This document shows, one piece after another, positions 49,901 to 63,561 of a DNA stretch of 64,000 bases. Source of the stretch: Mytilus trossulus (Eukaryota); the NCBI RefSeq assembly GCF_036588685.1, contig NC_086375.1, forward strand, positions 22,506,001 to 22,570,000, read 5' to 3'. The first letter of the stretch is position 1; every line of letters begins with the position of its first letter. A program made the translations under genes and the position numbers. The notes below the pieces were generated by a model. The model searched no databases. It had not been told where the DNA came from and saw only the letters and a program-made list of their open reading frames with translations.

Positions 49901-50909
49901 CACGTGTATTCCACTTTGGATTAAACAGGCATGTATATTGCAAATTTTGATATAAAAAAGACATTAAGAAGACAGACTACAACAATCAGTGTATGAATAA
50001 AACAATACATATTTATTTTTCGTAAATTATGACTTTCCTAAGAATTATTTTAAGCGTATGCTTTCATTTGAGTTGTTGAATTTGATATGATTTTGATCAT
50101 TTTAAACGTGTCAGCAATATCAAGATAAGTCAAAATACCACCATAAGGAGGAACAACATACACTTGCTTTAACATAGACAAGTTAGTTACGTTTATGAGA
50201 AACGTTAAGTCAATGACGTCATATTGATTTAATAATCAAATATGCAACAAAGCATTCATACTTTTCATTATCTTACACATTGTCAATATTATTTTATAAA
50301 TTTGATTGATTGTTTGATTGATTGGTATAATACACTACTATCAGCACTATTCTGCTAATCCGTCGCGGTCAATTTTATATTTTAATTTATCAAAAATGCA
50401 AAATCAAAAATGAAGGAAGTATACAGGTATAATTGCTCAACAGAGAGCTCACCATATATTGTTCATTCATTTAAGTAGAAACCAATGCATGGGTACACAA
50501 TAATTGACAGAACAGTTTACGTCACTCAAAATAAACCTTAAGGTATCACAATACAAACATTTTATAACTCCATTACCCAAGTTTTAAACTGCTGTAACTT
50601 TCTTAATTATGCTTGAAAATTTTCAAAAGTGGTAGTTTTGGATAACTAACAAATTACTCTTTCCAATTAATACAATGTTAGTATTATGCAACAATTATTT
50701 AACCAATTATAATGTTAACTATGTCTAAAATATGTTTCACCAAATTTCCACTTTCAAATGAAATTAGCTTCGGCACAGGTATCCTTAGAGGGTTGATTTT
50801 ATTACATGTTGTTCCTATGGCCATTTTCTACAAAAGGGTGTCTCAGATTTCAGATAGATTGTATAGATCTAATTTGACACCTTATTAAACATTATCTTCT
50901 ATTATGTGG

Positions 50910-50985
50910 TAAATAAACTCATCATAGATACCAGGACTAAATTTAGTATATACTCCAGACGTGCGTTTCGTCTACAAAAGACTTC
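50910..50985 (-). repeat. Truncated family A hammerhead unit (3' half only)
   Basis: Minus strand GUC-UUUUGUA-GAC-GAAA-CGCACG-UC-UGGAGU; CUGAUGA is absent. Confidence 0.7.
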
Positions 50986-51311
50986 CATTCCCCTTGACTA
51001 TGTATTTCGCTTCCAAATTTTTGAATCAAGAGCATTTCAGATGATAAGGTTAAGAATCTCGCATAGTGCTGCTTATCAATATTAGAACTAATATTTAGAC
51101 TCCTGAACATGTGAACCAGTTTCAAGATTACTTCAATATACTTTTAACGGGAAAACAATTTGCTTTAGCTACTGCTTCCGTTGGCATGAAGGTTTACATT
51201 GATTGGCAAATATTTGTATGTATATATGTCGGCATGGAAACCTAGATAATGTCCTACATATTGTTCCTTATACTGTTGCACAGTTATATTTCTTCTTTAT
51301 TAAGATACACA

Positions 51312-53606
51312 ATGGGTAAAGATGGATACAGTTTGGATTTGGCCGGTTTGGACAATGGCCAGTTCTATGTTATACATGTCCCAGCATTAACATGTATATT
51401 TTTGAGTTTTATATCAGCTATTTGTGTAATAGTAGTATCATTCAAGAAAAAGAGCTACAAAACATTTTTCTCATGGTCAAGAAGCGAAAGATTCGTAGTA
51501 TATATGGCGATTTGCGACTGTCTGTTTAACGTTGCCCATACAATGGATCATATGCATATTGCTATTACAAAGGATCACCCGCATCCAAAAGGGATCTGTA
51601 TTTTTTACGGGTTTATGCTTGCCGTGTTTATAACAGCACAAACTTTAATGGTCAATATCGTAGCCATCAACGCCTTTATGTTGATCTTTTTTCGCAAGCA
51701 GATTAATTTTGGAAAAAATGACTGGAGACTATTGACATACATATTTGTAGCCCCTGCAATTGGAGGAATTATCGGGATAGCTCTTGATCAGATGGGACCA
51801 AATGGCTCTTTGTAAGTTCAACTTCAGATAGTATTTAAAATATAGTCTGACATACATAATATGAACATGCTAATACAGTAGTTTAACCCAAAACAAATAT
51901 AACGTATAAGCCAAGTTTATCTTTAAATTTTAATCAGAAAAGCAATTTAAAAAAAAAAGATTTGAGAATAAAGTTTTACCAATTTTGCCAACTTTCAAAT
52001 TATAAATGAACGTTTTTGTATCTTTAGTAAGAAAAAGGAAACATAATCTATTCCGGGTAGACTTTACACGTTTTTGCACTATTTTCGTTTCCATATTTAT
52101 TCAAATGTTGCGAGTTAATGGTTGTACCCATTCATACTGAAAACTAATTTAGAAATGAATTCGGTAAAGGTAAGTTACAAAACTTTAAAATGATTATACT
52201 ACTTGTAGTATCTTTTCATATTTAAAAATGTAACTAACTAAAATCGGAAGTTGTTTATAAAATAAAGATACACAATTGTTTGGTTGTTTGACAAAATATG
52301 AGGTGTGTCTTCGCATCCGTCATTTAAAATTTATGTTTTGGCGACGAAAGAAAAAAATCGTCATTTCACTGTTTTGAAGACGTAAAATGATTTCCTTAAC
52401 ATTAGCATGAGCCATGTTCAAATTTTTATGGTTTTTAATTCGTTTTTTTTTATTGTAAGCAAGATGTATTTTACAAGTACAGTGAATGAAGGATAAAAAA
52501 AATAATACATCTCAGTTTGGAACAAAAGTTTTCAAATGATAACACGTTACATGACAATGGTGGTCTCGAGGTAAATAGCATGACTCCTTGTATTGAAAAT
52601 GATTCATTTAAAGAGGCTAAATACCAAGTGTATAACACAACACACATACTTAATAAAATATCTTATCTACCTGAAGTTTGGTCTTACTATTGAATATTTA
52701 TGAATTACATCAGTTATGGTTTGTCCTTTATTTTAAGTTATATATTTTAGACAAGACATGCTTAAAAATGAATCTAACTACTAAAAGTCAGATGTATCTT
52801 GGTTCGCTTAATTGTTGCTGTTTATGATTGTAGCTAAATCACAAATTTAATACCATTGAAATTGATGTAGAATTGTCATATTGAATAGAAATAGGTTTAA
52901 TGTTAAATATAAAAAAGAAGATGTGGAATGATTGCCAATGACACAACTCTCCGCAGGATACCAAATGACACAGAAAGAATGTATATTGATCTGAAAACTG
53001 TCTCGTGTTCTTGCTGTATCACTACATCGTATAATTTAATCTCATGTATGCTCTCTAATTGATACACGTGTGACCTTATAGACGATACCAAAAGATCTTG
53101 AATATACATAAAAGGGTCATGCTATAATTTGAAAGATAAAACATTTTTGTTAACTTTATGTTTTGTTTTTTATTTTTATTTCATCTAGCTGCTATTTTGA
53201 TGGTGTAAATGGAAAGCAAATGGGTGTGTTCTTTACAACTGTTCCATTGCTGGCAGTACTGTTCCTTAACAGTGTGTTCTACGGGCTGACTTATTTTCGT
53301 ATTCACCAAGAAGGTAAACGTCTTAAAGATACAGTTGGCGAAAATGCAGCGTCTGTAAAAGGGGCTCATAAAGCGGCCAAAACCATGTCGCTGTTCGTAA
53401 CAGCTTTCTTCATTCAATGGTGGGCAATGGCAATATATGGAGCATGGCAATTGGTCGAGGATGTTCCACAGTTGCTATTCCAGGCAGTCACAACCTTTTC
53501 TAATCTTGGTGGTGTTCTAAATGGAATTGTCTTCATTATCATTAAGAAGAGACAGAACACAACAGAACAAGAATCCAAATCGGTGACGCAAACAACGAAA
53601 GCCTGA
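51312..53606 (+). CDS. Orphan 7-TM GPCR paralog 6 (most divergent); exons 51312-51811 and 53189-53606 (305 aa, start uncertain)
   Basis: GT at 51812 and AG at 53187-88 join GPNGS-F-CYFDG. Homology begins at MGKDGY; an upstream in-frame ATG at 51249 or an extra 5' exon is possible. Confidence 0.85.
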
Positions 53607-54617
53607 GTGGCTCCTTATTGGAAACTCGAATTTCCTGCTTTAATCAAGATTTTTCTCATAAACCTAGCTAACAGTCAATGTTAAAAAAGATTTTATAGAT
53701 TGAACAGTTTAGTCTATAAGCCTTTGGTTGTTGTATGCCGAGACATGATCATAACTTCATACCTCTTTGTGAGATGAAATAGCATATATTCAAACGATTT
53801 TTAAGATGGCAAAATTTGTTTAAATAAAAAAGCGCTACATTGATAAATAAAATCCATTGAATAGTAATGTATTTCAAAGAAAGTGAAATATATTAAAAAG
53901 AATGATCAATGATTTTGACCGGAATGAGATAATAGGTAAATTTGGAAAACATTATTTGTAATCAAACGTTCACTTGACAGTTAATGGATTCAGAATCTAA
54001 ATACTTAAAAGTGTTAACCACATTTAGCACGAAGCACGGACGTGCCATTTACTACAAAAAAAAATCTTTTATTTACTGTGTATTGCGAGAAGAGGCTTTC
54101 GAGTTAAATGAATTTTCTGAATTCTCAATCGTTTCTTGTTCATTTTTTCATTATTTTTTCAACATCTCATTTTTTTCTCAGGTTTATAAATTACTATTCT
54201 TTGAGGTTTGTGTATATATTTGGCGACCTTCTTTTTTTGTCTTTTCATTGGTAGTTTGTTCATGATGTTGTTCCTCCATCTAGACTTATGATTTTTGATT
54301 TGCCCCTTTGCATCTTTTTAGTTTGTATAGTGTCTTAATATTTTTAAATAGCTTTTTAAAATTCTGTTACATGTTTTAAATCAGTTGAACGTGTAAATGT
54401 TCCGTTCACTCAAACGAACAGCTGTATTTATAATCGTCATTTGAAATATAAATCTTTATGTACACTTTTCGAAGATTATTTATTTTACAGATTTTTCATT
54501 GTACTTTATATGTAACAGTTTAGTTCATAAAATAAAAATAAATAAATTGTGTTGCTTTTATTTTGTTCAACGCCGTCTATGTTGTCATCTATCAGAGGTA
54601 TACATAAGTAAAAAAGA

Positions 54618-54790
54618 AAGTAAAATCACAAAAATATTGAACTCCGAGAAAAATTCAATCGTAAAGTCCCTTATCAAATGGAAAAATCAAATGACAAAAC
54701 ACATCATACGAATTGACAACAACTGTCATATTCCTGACTTGGTACAGGCATTTTCAAATGTAGAAAATGGTGGATTGAACCTGGTTCGAA
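54618..54790. repeat. SINE-like repeat (AAGTAAAATCACAAAAATA..AACTGTCATATTCCTGACTTGG family)
   Basis: Further copies at ~26440-26520, 40275-40340, 55620-55740, 56910-57080 and 59840-60070; opposite orientation at ~28640-28740 and 40500-40640. Confidence 0.7.
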
Positions 54791-56466
54791 AATGAGTATT
54801 CAATTTATATTGAACATACAAAAGTTGCTGCATTGAAAAAAAAAATGCTTTTCATACCAACTTTGCTGCTAAATTAATTTACGAATCTGAGTTGAAAATA
54901 CCGATTTTGCTGTATTGAAGATGAACACACAGATGTTTTTTATGTTGTGATGTTATACTATTGTTTCAGTAAAAGGGAGAAGGTTTGGTACCAATAAAAC
55001 GTTTAATCCCTCTGCAAATGTTTGCACCTGTCCTAATTCAGGAATCTGATGTACAGTAGTTGTCGTTTGTTTTTGTAGTTTATACATTTTTCTCGTTTCT
55101 TGGGTTTTTTTTTAAAATTATATATATTAGAGATTGGCTTTCCCGCTTGAATGGTTATTCACTTGTTATTTTGGGGCCCTTTATAGCATGTTGTTCGGTG
55201 TGAGCCAAAGCTCCGTGTTGAAGGCCGTACCTTGACATGTAATAGTTTACTTTTATAAATTGTTATTTGGATTGAGAGTTGTCTCATTGGAACTTATACC
55301 ACATCTTCCTATACCTTTTTGCTGATTTGATGAATGAATCGAAATTTAAATTTTCAACTTTGATGGATTTAACAAATTATCAATGTTTATTTTCCAACTT
55401 TCTTGCGGAAATCAATGAATTGTAGTTGAACATATAAACTTTACTGCATTGTTCAAATAATTTAAGTTTAACATACCAACTTTGCTGCATTTATCAATAA
55501 ATTTAGTTTTTTACATACCACCGTTGATGCATTGCATTGATCAATAAGTTAAAAAAAAGTTAATCATACCATCTTCGCTGCATAAATCAATGACACACAA
55601 ATGAGTAAAAATTTGATAAAGACTGAAATCTGAGGAAAATTCAAAAAGGTAAGGCCTTTAACAAATTGAAAAATCAAAGCTGAAACACATCAAACGAATG
55701 GATAACAACTGTCATATTCCTGACTTAGTTCAGTCAATTTTCTTGTGAACAAACCAACTAAGCTGCCTTCATCATTAAATCTATTTTTAGCATATTAACT
55801 TTGGTGCAATCGTTATTGTATTGAAGTAAAACATAATTTTATGCCAACTTTGCTACATTAATCCTGGAGTCAGATATGAATTGTCGTCTTTGGTTAATCG
55901 TGAACGATTGTCTTGACTGTCTCTTTTAAAATTCTTTGACCGGTGATTCATGAATATTTTCATATTCTTACATTGTACAAGCACATGGTTTCTCTATGTT
56001 TGGATTTGTGATGCCGAGTTCGTATTCAATAAACTCATAGCTAAAATAATTACAATCTCGAGTTTTCTATTCTGTTTTATTTTTCAGTCTGAACTTTTGA
56101 TGTTTCAACGGAATATCTTGACATGAAATACTATGTCTTGTAGGTCAAAAGATCAAACAAAAAATTGAAAAATGGACCAAATGCGTTATCCATCTTTAAG
56201 GTTGAGTAAATCATCATTCCCTTAAAAGCTAGTTTTAAAGCAACCCAAAATAAAGTTTCAAATAGAGAAACATAAACATAGAGCATAATAATTGGATAAA
56301 GTGTTTCTGAGTAAATCAATATTTGTACTAAACACATGAAATGATTTAGCAACACTACCTTAAGTTTAACTATGTCATGAAGTTGAACTATGTCAAAAAG
56401 TTCATTTAGCCACAAGGATATACAAACAAACTTATATGCATTGGTGTTTGAATTTCATTTAAGAAA

Positions 56467-56822
56467 TGAATGCTTCTTTTTGTAACTTTATTGGGTTGTA
56501 AAAGCGTTGACCGAAGTACATTTTGTAATAAGCGCGGAAGCGCTTCATTCTAAAATGTACACCCGGTCAACGCTTTTACAACCATATGAAGTTACAAACA
56601 GAAGCATTCAATACTTATAATTACATTTTTAGCTATGATCATGGAAACACGAATTTTAGAATTTTTTTATTTAGTTCACCTGTGCACTATTTTGTGGAAC
56701 CACGTGTTATCATGAATGATAAGTTTCATTGAGTGATGCAACTGCTTAAGGAATAACACGTGACGTGCAGTTAGCCAATCAGAATGACGTATTATAATGA
56801 AACATACATCTAATGTAATTAT
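56467..56822. mobile_element. Non-autonomous DNA element with a ~144-bp terminal hairpin plus inverted repeats
   Basis: Palindrome at 56467-56610 with apex AAGCGC-GGAA-GCGCTT; inverted repeat ATAATTACATT (56617-27) / AATGTAATTAT (56812-22). Confidence 0.75.
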
Positions 56823-58469
56823 TAAGAAACAACAATGCTATTTACTGCTTGTTAGGAAATTTTATTGTTATCAAATCTTATTTTTTTTTATTATTTCAGT
56901 GGAGGAGTAAAAGTAAAATAACAAAAATATCAAACTTCGAGGATAATTCTAAACGGAAAGTCCATAATCAACTGGCAAAATCAAAATCTCAAACAAAGCA
57001 AACGCAAGGATAATAATTGTCATATTCCTGACTTGGTATAGGTATTTTCCTATTCAGAAAATGGTTGATTAAACCTGTGTTATATCAAAAAAATTGATAA
57101 AAAAAATGTCAAATAAGCAGACACTCCTGTTCCAGATATAAGGAATCGCAGACAAGATGTGTGCGTTGAGAGTGATTGAATGGTCAGTAATACTTATATC
57201 ATGTAAACGTCTTTAAAATGTAGGAAGTATGTACTTATTAATACTATATCTAATGTTAATCTATGAAGGCCGATAATGGTACTGAACAGGATTCAAGAAT
57301 GATATTAGTAGTAGCATATGTTATGGTTTGAATTTGTCACCATGTGCAATAGGTTTAATGTGCATAAGTAAAATTGCATCATGTATTTTTTTAAGGGATG
57401 GTTTATTTAAAACGATTTAGCCCTCATATTCTAATATACATATGCTTAATATGCATTTTCTGCACTAATATTGAATATCTACTCGGATTAACTTTTTAAT
57501 GTTAAGTGTAATGTGCATTTTCTTCTTTTGAATTTGGTGCAAATATATTATTTGATGATAAATGAAGAAATCTTATTGTTTCATGACCGTCGAATATTTT
57601 ATTTAATTCTAAGCGTTTCCTTACAATCATATATTTTTATGACCAACCTACTCTATAATTTTTTTTAATATAACTACGTTTACCTTCCTAATATTTTAGT
57701 TGGATTGTTATATAAGATGAATAAATAAGGATTTATCTAATATAGACAAAATTGATTCATATCACACTTTATTTGTAATAGTTTTCAACTTTTTATAAAT
57801 GACTTTCCAATTAATTGACATACTCATTCATTATAAGTTATAAATTTATAAATGAGCTTGATGACATTGTTTTTAGAAAAACAAGACTTTAGCAGGGTTT
57901 TTTTCTCAGTCTATTTCAATTATCCTTAAAATGGACATACACATTTAGTGTCATGACATGTACACTCGAATTAAATGGTTTCAATTCTTCTGCAAATATG
58001 GTATACTAAGGGATTGTAAACAAAAAAGCAAAGTTAGCAGTCACATGAAGCTCAGCCTTTAAATAATATTATCTCTTACATTTGGGTGCACCAAAAATTA
58101 AATTAAGCACATGCGTCATTTTAATATGAAATAAGAAAAAAGTGTATTATTCCCAAGGAGACATATATCTATTAGAGTCCGAATAAAGCTGATGATTCAA
58201 GCTCTTTCCAACTAACTAATTTAACCGGTTTATTTACTTAGGGTTTTAACAACAGTTACATAAATGGGTCAGTGTAGTGGTGGCGGTCTTGATTGTGTTT
58301 AGCTTTGCAACATTCTTTTTGCATGTTGTGAAATGACACTTGATTTCTAAAGATCGTGGCTGGTTGCCATGTGTGATATTTGATTGTCGTTCATTATTGT
58401 TGGATCAACCAGGACGGTAGTTTTCTCTTTTGAATTGGCATTGTATATGTTATGTGTTTTGCTTATTGT

Positions 58470-58530
58470 CTGCCGGACGCACTTTTTGTATTTATAAGAC
58501 TCATCAGTGGCATTCAATTAAAAACAGTCG
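58470..58530 (-). repeat. Degenerate family A hammerhead-unit remnant
   Basis: Contains GACTCATCAGTGGC (CUGAUGA on the minus strand); the GAAA half has decayed. Confidence 0.55.
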
Positions 58531-61483
58531 AAAAAACAAAACTTATATCGATGATGAATATAAAATCAATCGCTGCAAAAGGTTATGCAATGTCTGACAT
58601 ATGCCATATATGCCAAGGGTAGAAAAAAGTATGCTATGTTATTAATCATGTCAGTACTTAAGCATTTATAGTAGTGATTAAAATTAATGTATATATTTCA
58701 AAGAAAAGAATGATGAATGAAATACCACTGAATCGCTTGCCTTGACACCATTGCTGCTACATCAGCATTCACACTAGCTTATAACAGCCAGAAGTCTTGT
58801 TGACATCAATCAAAACAGTCGGTATAATCTGAAGCCATTAATTATACTTTCAAAGTCATTATCACTTTGCACGTAGACGCATATCAGTAGGTGGAATTAA
58901 TATAAATGGCAGATTTATTTCTGATTAAATGTAGTAAATTCAACAAATTGCATTAAACCTGAATTATACTTACTATTATATATTTATTATTTATATGTTT
59001 ACTCAATATTTGACGACTTATATAATGTGCAATTTTTGATAACGGAAATGCTTTAAAAAAATTATGCTAGGGATGAACTGATATGGGTTTTTTCTAAGAT
59101 TGTCCTTATATTTTCAGATTTTCATATTCAACAACGCGAATCCCTTCGAGCTAGATATGACATTGTCCTTTAGTTGAGAACCCCGACAATATCGCTTTGA
59201 TAAAGGAAGCTGATGATGACAATTTACAAAAACTCCCAATAAACCATGCCACTAACTATAACTTTGTCAGTTTGTGTTCCATCTATTAGATTGAACATCA
59301 CTTTTTGTATCTTTTTCTCTCTCTTGTATATCAGTTATATGTTCTTTTGAAATGTTTTGAAAAAAAAAATTGACTCGTCCTTCATTTATGTGGATGATCA
59401 AATCGAAGGTGTTACGTGCTATATTATACCACTGTTGCCTTTATTAAACAATATAAAACAGATGTCACATTTCCCGAAAAACTCCAATCCGTATTACGAA
59501 AATTTATTTTGAGCCTTATTTGAAACCGGTGGTGTGAATGAGTCGTTGGCTCCAAAACTATTTAAAGATCGAATATGGTATAATTCATGTCCTTACCCTC
59601 ATTCGATAGTATTTGATAACAAAGATTGTCAAAATTTTACATTTTAAATAATTTTGTTCAATGCTATCAAATATTCGTGTGGGGTTGCACTGTTTAACTC
59701 ATTGCCAAATATGACATCGTCATAGATGTCGCTCTTGGATGGAAATTGAATTTTGGAATTTCTGTGTCTGGCACTTGATAGTTTGTTGTCGACCACGAAG
59801 CAGGTGATGCAGGAAATAGTTAGTATTAAAACAATACAAGGAAAATTCATAACGAAAACTCCCTTATCAAATGCAAAATCAGAAGCTCGAACAAATTAAA
59901 AACAACTGTGATATTCCTGACTATATACAGGCAGAAAATGGCTAATTAAACCCGGGTTTATAGCTAGCTAAATCTTCCACACATATGACAGACGTATAGA
60001 ATTCCATTATACTGTCAACAATGTGTTAGCAAAACAAATAGAAATAAACTGTCAAAAATTGAGGTACAGTAATAAAATTTCAAGTCAAATAAAAGAACAA
60101 TATATTACGTAATAAATATTATTAATAACGACAGTACCTACAATCTATGAAGATGTGGTGTGAGTGCCATATACATGTTTTATATGTGAATTTTGTATGT
60201 TAGTTATTTCCGATGAACTTGTTAAAAAAAAGGACGAGACTTTATTTGCTTAGCTTGCTTTTCAATTTTGTCGGTTTGGTATTATAACATACTTTGTCAG
60301 GTTCTTGGTACTAACATCCGCTACTGGATGTTACTTCGAAATTATTTCGCAGGTTTACAGTACAGGAAATGCTTACATGTACCTTGTCGATGTACCTTGT
60401 ATCTCTTCATTTGGAGTGGCAATATCCGATTGATTGGTATGTTTTTTTCTGCATTATGCCTGCATTTGTAATACATAAATTGGGAAAAGGAAAATACCTC
60501 TCATTTACTCTTATATAACTACGATTGCAACTTATTGGTTAGAAGATGCTGATTATGTGCGAGTGGTAACAATCGGCTCCCTATGTGATTATGAAAATGA
60601 AGTCTCAGTTTTTTTCTATTCGCTTCTCTTTGCGCAGTCTTTCCTTTATGTTTTTTGTATGTTTACCCTTATGCCTTGACATTTTTTTTCTTCTGTTTTC
60701 AATTTTTTCATTTGAATTAGAAGTTAAAACATTCACAAAAAGCAAAAATCTTTGCATGCAAATAAAAATGGATTCAAAAGGTGAATTATTTAACTAATTA
60801 CGTTATGTTTATCCGGAAAGGTAGGAAGATACTGCGCCACTACTCATAAGTAGTGAAGAATCTTGATAATCTCATTACAATTCATTAACAAGAACCAAAA
60901 AAAAAAATGGATTTCAAGGTATTAATTTCATATTGTATCAATATTGTAAGTATGAACTTCAATGTTACTTTTGCCATATTGCAAATGTTTTTTGTGTATG
61001 ATTTCAGTTGCGGAATTTAAGAATATTTAGTATTTTATTACTGATATTCCAGACTATCGTATACTATCGGTTTACATTTTTATGTATTTTACTACAAGTA
61101 TAGTTTTGATATAGTATTCAGAGTTTGTTAATAAGGAACGAGGTATATCACAGATGTTGATTTTGAATGATACTGATATATATGAAGGTTGAGGAAACCA
61201 AAAGTTTAACTTGACCATATTGAACGCTTAAGGGTTGCAGAAAAAATTTCGAGAGCAGTTATAAATGATTTTTCAAGTCCGTCTTATGTTAAAATTGACA
61301 ATGGAACACGGATATCTAAACGTGCAAGGCATTTTTTTTAAACAATAAAATACATCACCTCTTAATATAGCCATGTAAGCCATGGCGTTGTCAGTTTGTT
61401 TTAGATTTATGAGTTTGACTGTCCCTTTGGTATCTTTCGTCCCTCTTTTAATATAACTTGAATATGATTGTTAGAATATAAAC

Positions 61484-62048
61484 CTAAGAAGGCTTGCGGG
61501 TATAAGATTTTCAGAAAAAAAAATTAACATTTATTTTTCATTACAAATTTTCTTTATTACTTTAAGTAGTTGTCACTTTATAATATGGTACAAAAAAATA
61601 TTCCAAAAATATATTCGTGTTGGCCTCAGATGACTTTTAAAATGTAGATATCATTGAAAAATCACCAAATCATCTCCCTTTGGTGCAAAAATGCATTTTT
61701 TGGCATTACAATTGAAATATCTTTTTTAATTCATCGGTGACCTATATTTTTGTTGTTGTTTTTGAATAAGCTGTACATCAACTAAATTATTGTAAAATTT
61801 AAGCGATTTCTGTAATTTAGTTCTTTTTTTATTTCGATATTACCGATATTTCTCCTATTTGTTCAACAGAAAAAAACGACATTTACAAAAATATATGCAG
61901 GCAGAATGTGAGCGTAAATGAATGGTGACCCCATTTTTTTATTGCATTTGTCTATATATTCAGTATAAGATAAAGTTCATTTATAGAAGAATATAGAGAA
62001 ATCCTATATAAAATAAATCAATTGATTTAGACCCGCAAGCCTCCTTAA
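61484..62048. mobile_element. Non-autonomous DNA transposon with TIRs and TTAA-like flanks
   Basis: CTAA-GAAGGCTTGCGGGT ... ACCCGCAAGCCTCC-TTAA. Confidence 0.7.
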
Positions 62049-63561
62049 CAACAAAAACGAGAAGTAATTGCAAGGTCCTGAATGGTTTTAGATTTCTATT
62101 CTCCTTTTTGAGATAATTTCTATAATTCAATGCATTTCAGCATTTGCAAACAGTGAAATGCTAATATCTATTATTATGCGATGCATTGCTTAACAATCAA
62201 TATAAGGTGTTCACAGTTGTTTTTGAAAATACTTCTATAACAAAACTACATTTCTAATTTCTTGATTAGATCTTTGTGATGAAAAAGTTTATAAAAGATC
62301 AAAAACAATCTTGTTAACTTTGAGGTATTGTGTATGTTCCTTTTTGAGTGCCTTATATAATTGCATTATATGAATGACACATTGACCTTTTATTGCTATT
62401 TTTTATTCAATTTTTTTTAAATCTTGACAGAATATAAAATCTATATCGAGCTCATTAAGAATGACCGTTTTTGTATGGTTTATTGTTACCTGTCTGTCTG
62501 ATTATTAGTGCCATTCTTTCATATACTTATTTCTTTGTTTGATGAGTTTTTTTTATATTTTTGTTGCATAATTTGATCTCTTTGCAATCTAAGGCATAAT
62601 ATTAAACCAATTAAGTACAGCTCTTTATAAGAACCAGGCAGTGTGCCATATACATGTGATACATGGGGGGGTTTCAGATTTTTTCTATAATTGGCCTAGT
62701 AGAAGCAATAAATGAAAAACGCTCAAAAAATAATTTTGAGTGGGAAACTATGAGTGGTTGCCATGGTAACAGACACACAATATTTTGGTTGTTAAGCGTT
62801 GTAAAATCTTTCAAAAATCAGCTAAATCACCACATTTCAGATCCTGATTATGAATAGAATAATGCATTTTTCATTAATTTTCATATGTGACATTGATAGA
62901 ACTTGGTTTAAGCTTCATTGTAGTGAAGATTACATGTCAACCAAATTTGTAATTTTTTTGTAAAATTTTGTGAAAAAATGCATATTTTCAACTTTTCTGA
63001 AAGTGGGATTTTTGCTGATTTACCACATTTTCTCTGGTGTTTTTCAGAAAAATGCAAATGTGTACAGAATAGTTAGCACTGTAGTTATGAAGTGTGGATA
63101 CTACTCTACCAAATTTAATAGAAAAATGTGTGGGATTTTTTTTAGTTTTATCACCATAGCAACCGATTTTTTCCTTGGAAACGGAGTTTTCATTTGCAGA
63201 ATATTGCAGTTTAAGAGCTTAAATGTCCTGAATTTTTCATAACCGACAAGAAAAATACATAAAAGTTAGCGCAAACTTTAAACTACAATCGTTAAGTGTT
63301 GTTGACTTCAATTGTTACCACGGAAAGACATATTATCCATAGCAACCTCCACTGAAAACTGCATAAATAGAAATTTATGTAAAAAAAATATATATAAATA
63401 AAGGGTTCAAATTGGAATAGGACTTCATTCTTAGCTTCACTCACAGTCTTGCCTGGGATTTTTCTTCAGATTGTTCAATAAATGTAATATGTCATGAAAC
63501 ATTAGGGTTGCGGGGGGGGGGGGGGGGGGGGCTTGGAAAAAGGGGGGAGGGGTTAAGTTGA

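Noticed and set aside
59644-59850. 68-aa ORF with a signal-peptide-like start
   Set aside because: Its ATG lies in a SINE-like repeat fragment and no domain is recognised. It may be a decayed exon, but this is unsupported.
62757-62770. RFX X-box GTTGCCATGGTAAC
   Set aside because: It sits among several half-sites in repeat-like DNA (62640-63440) with no gene start nearby.
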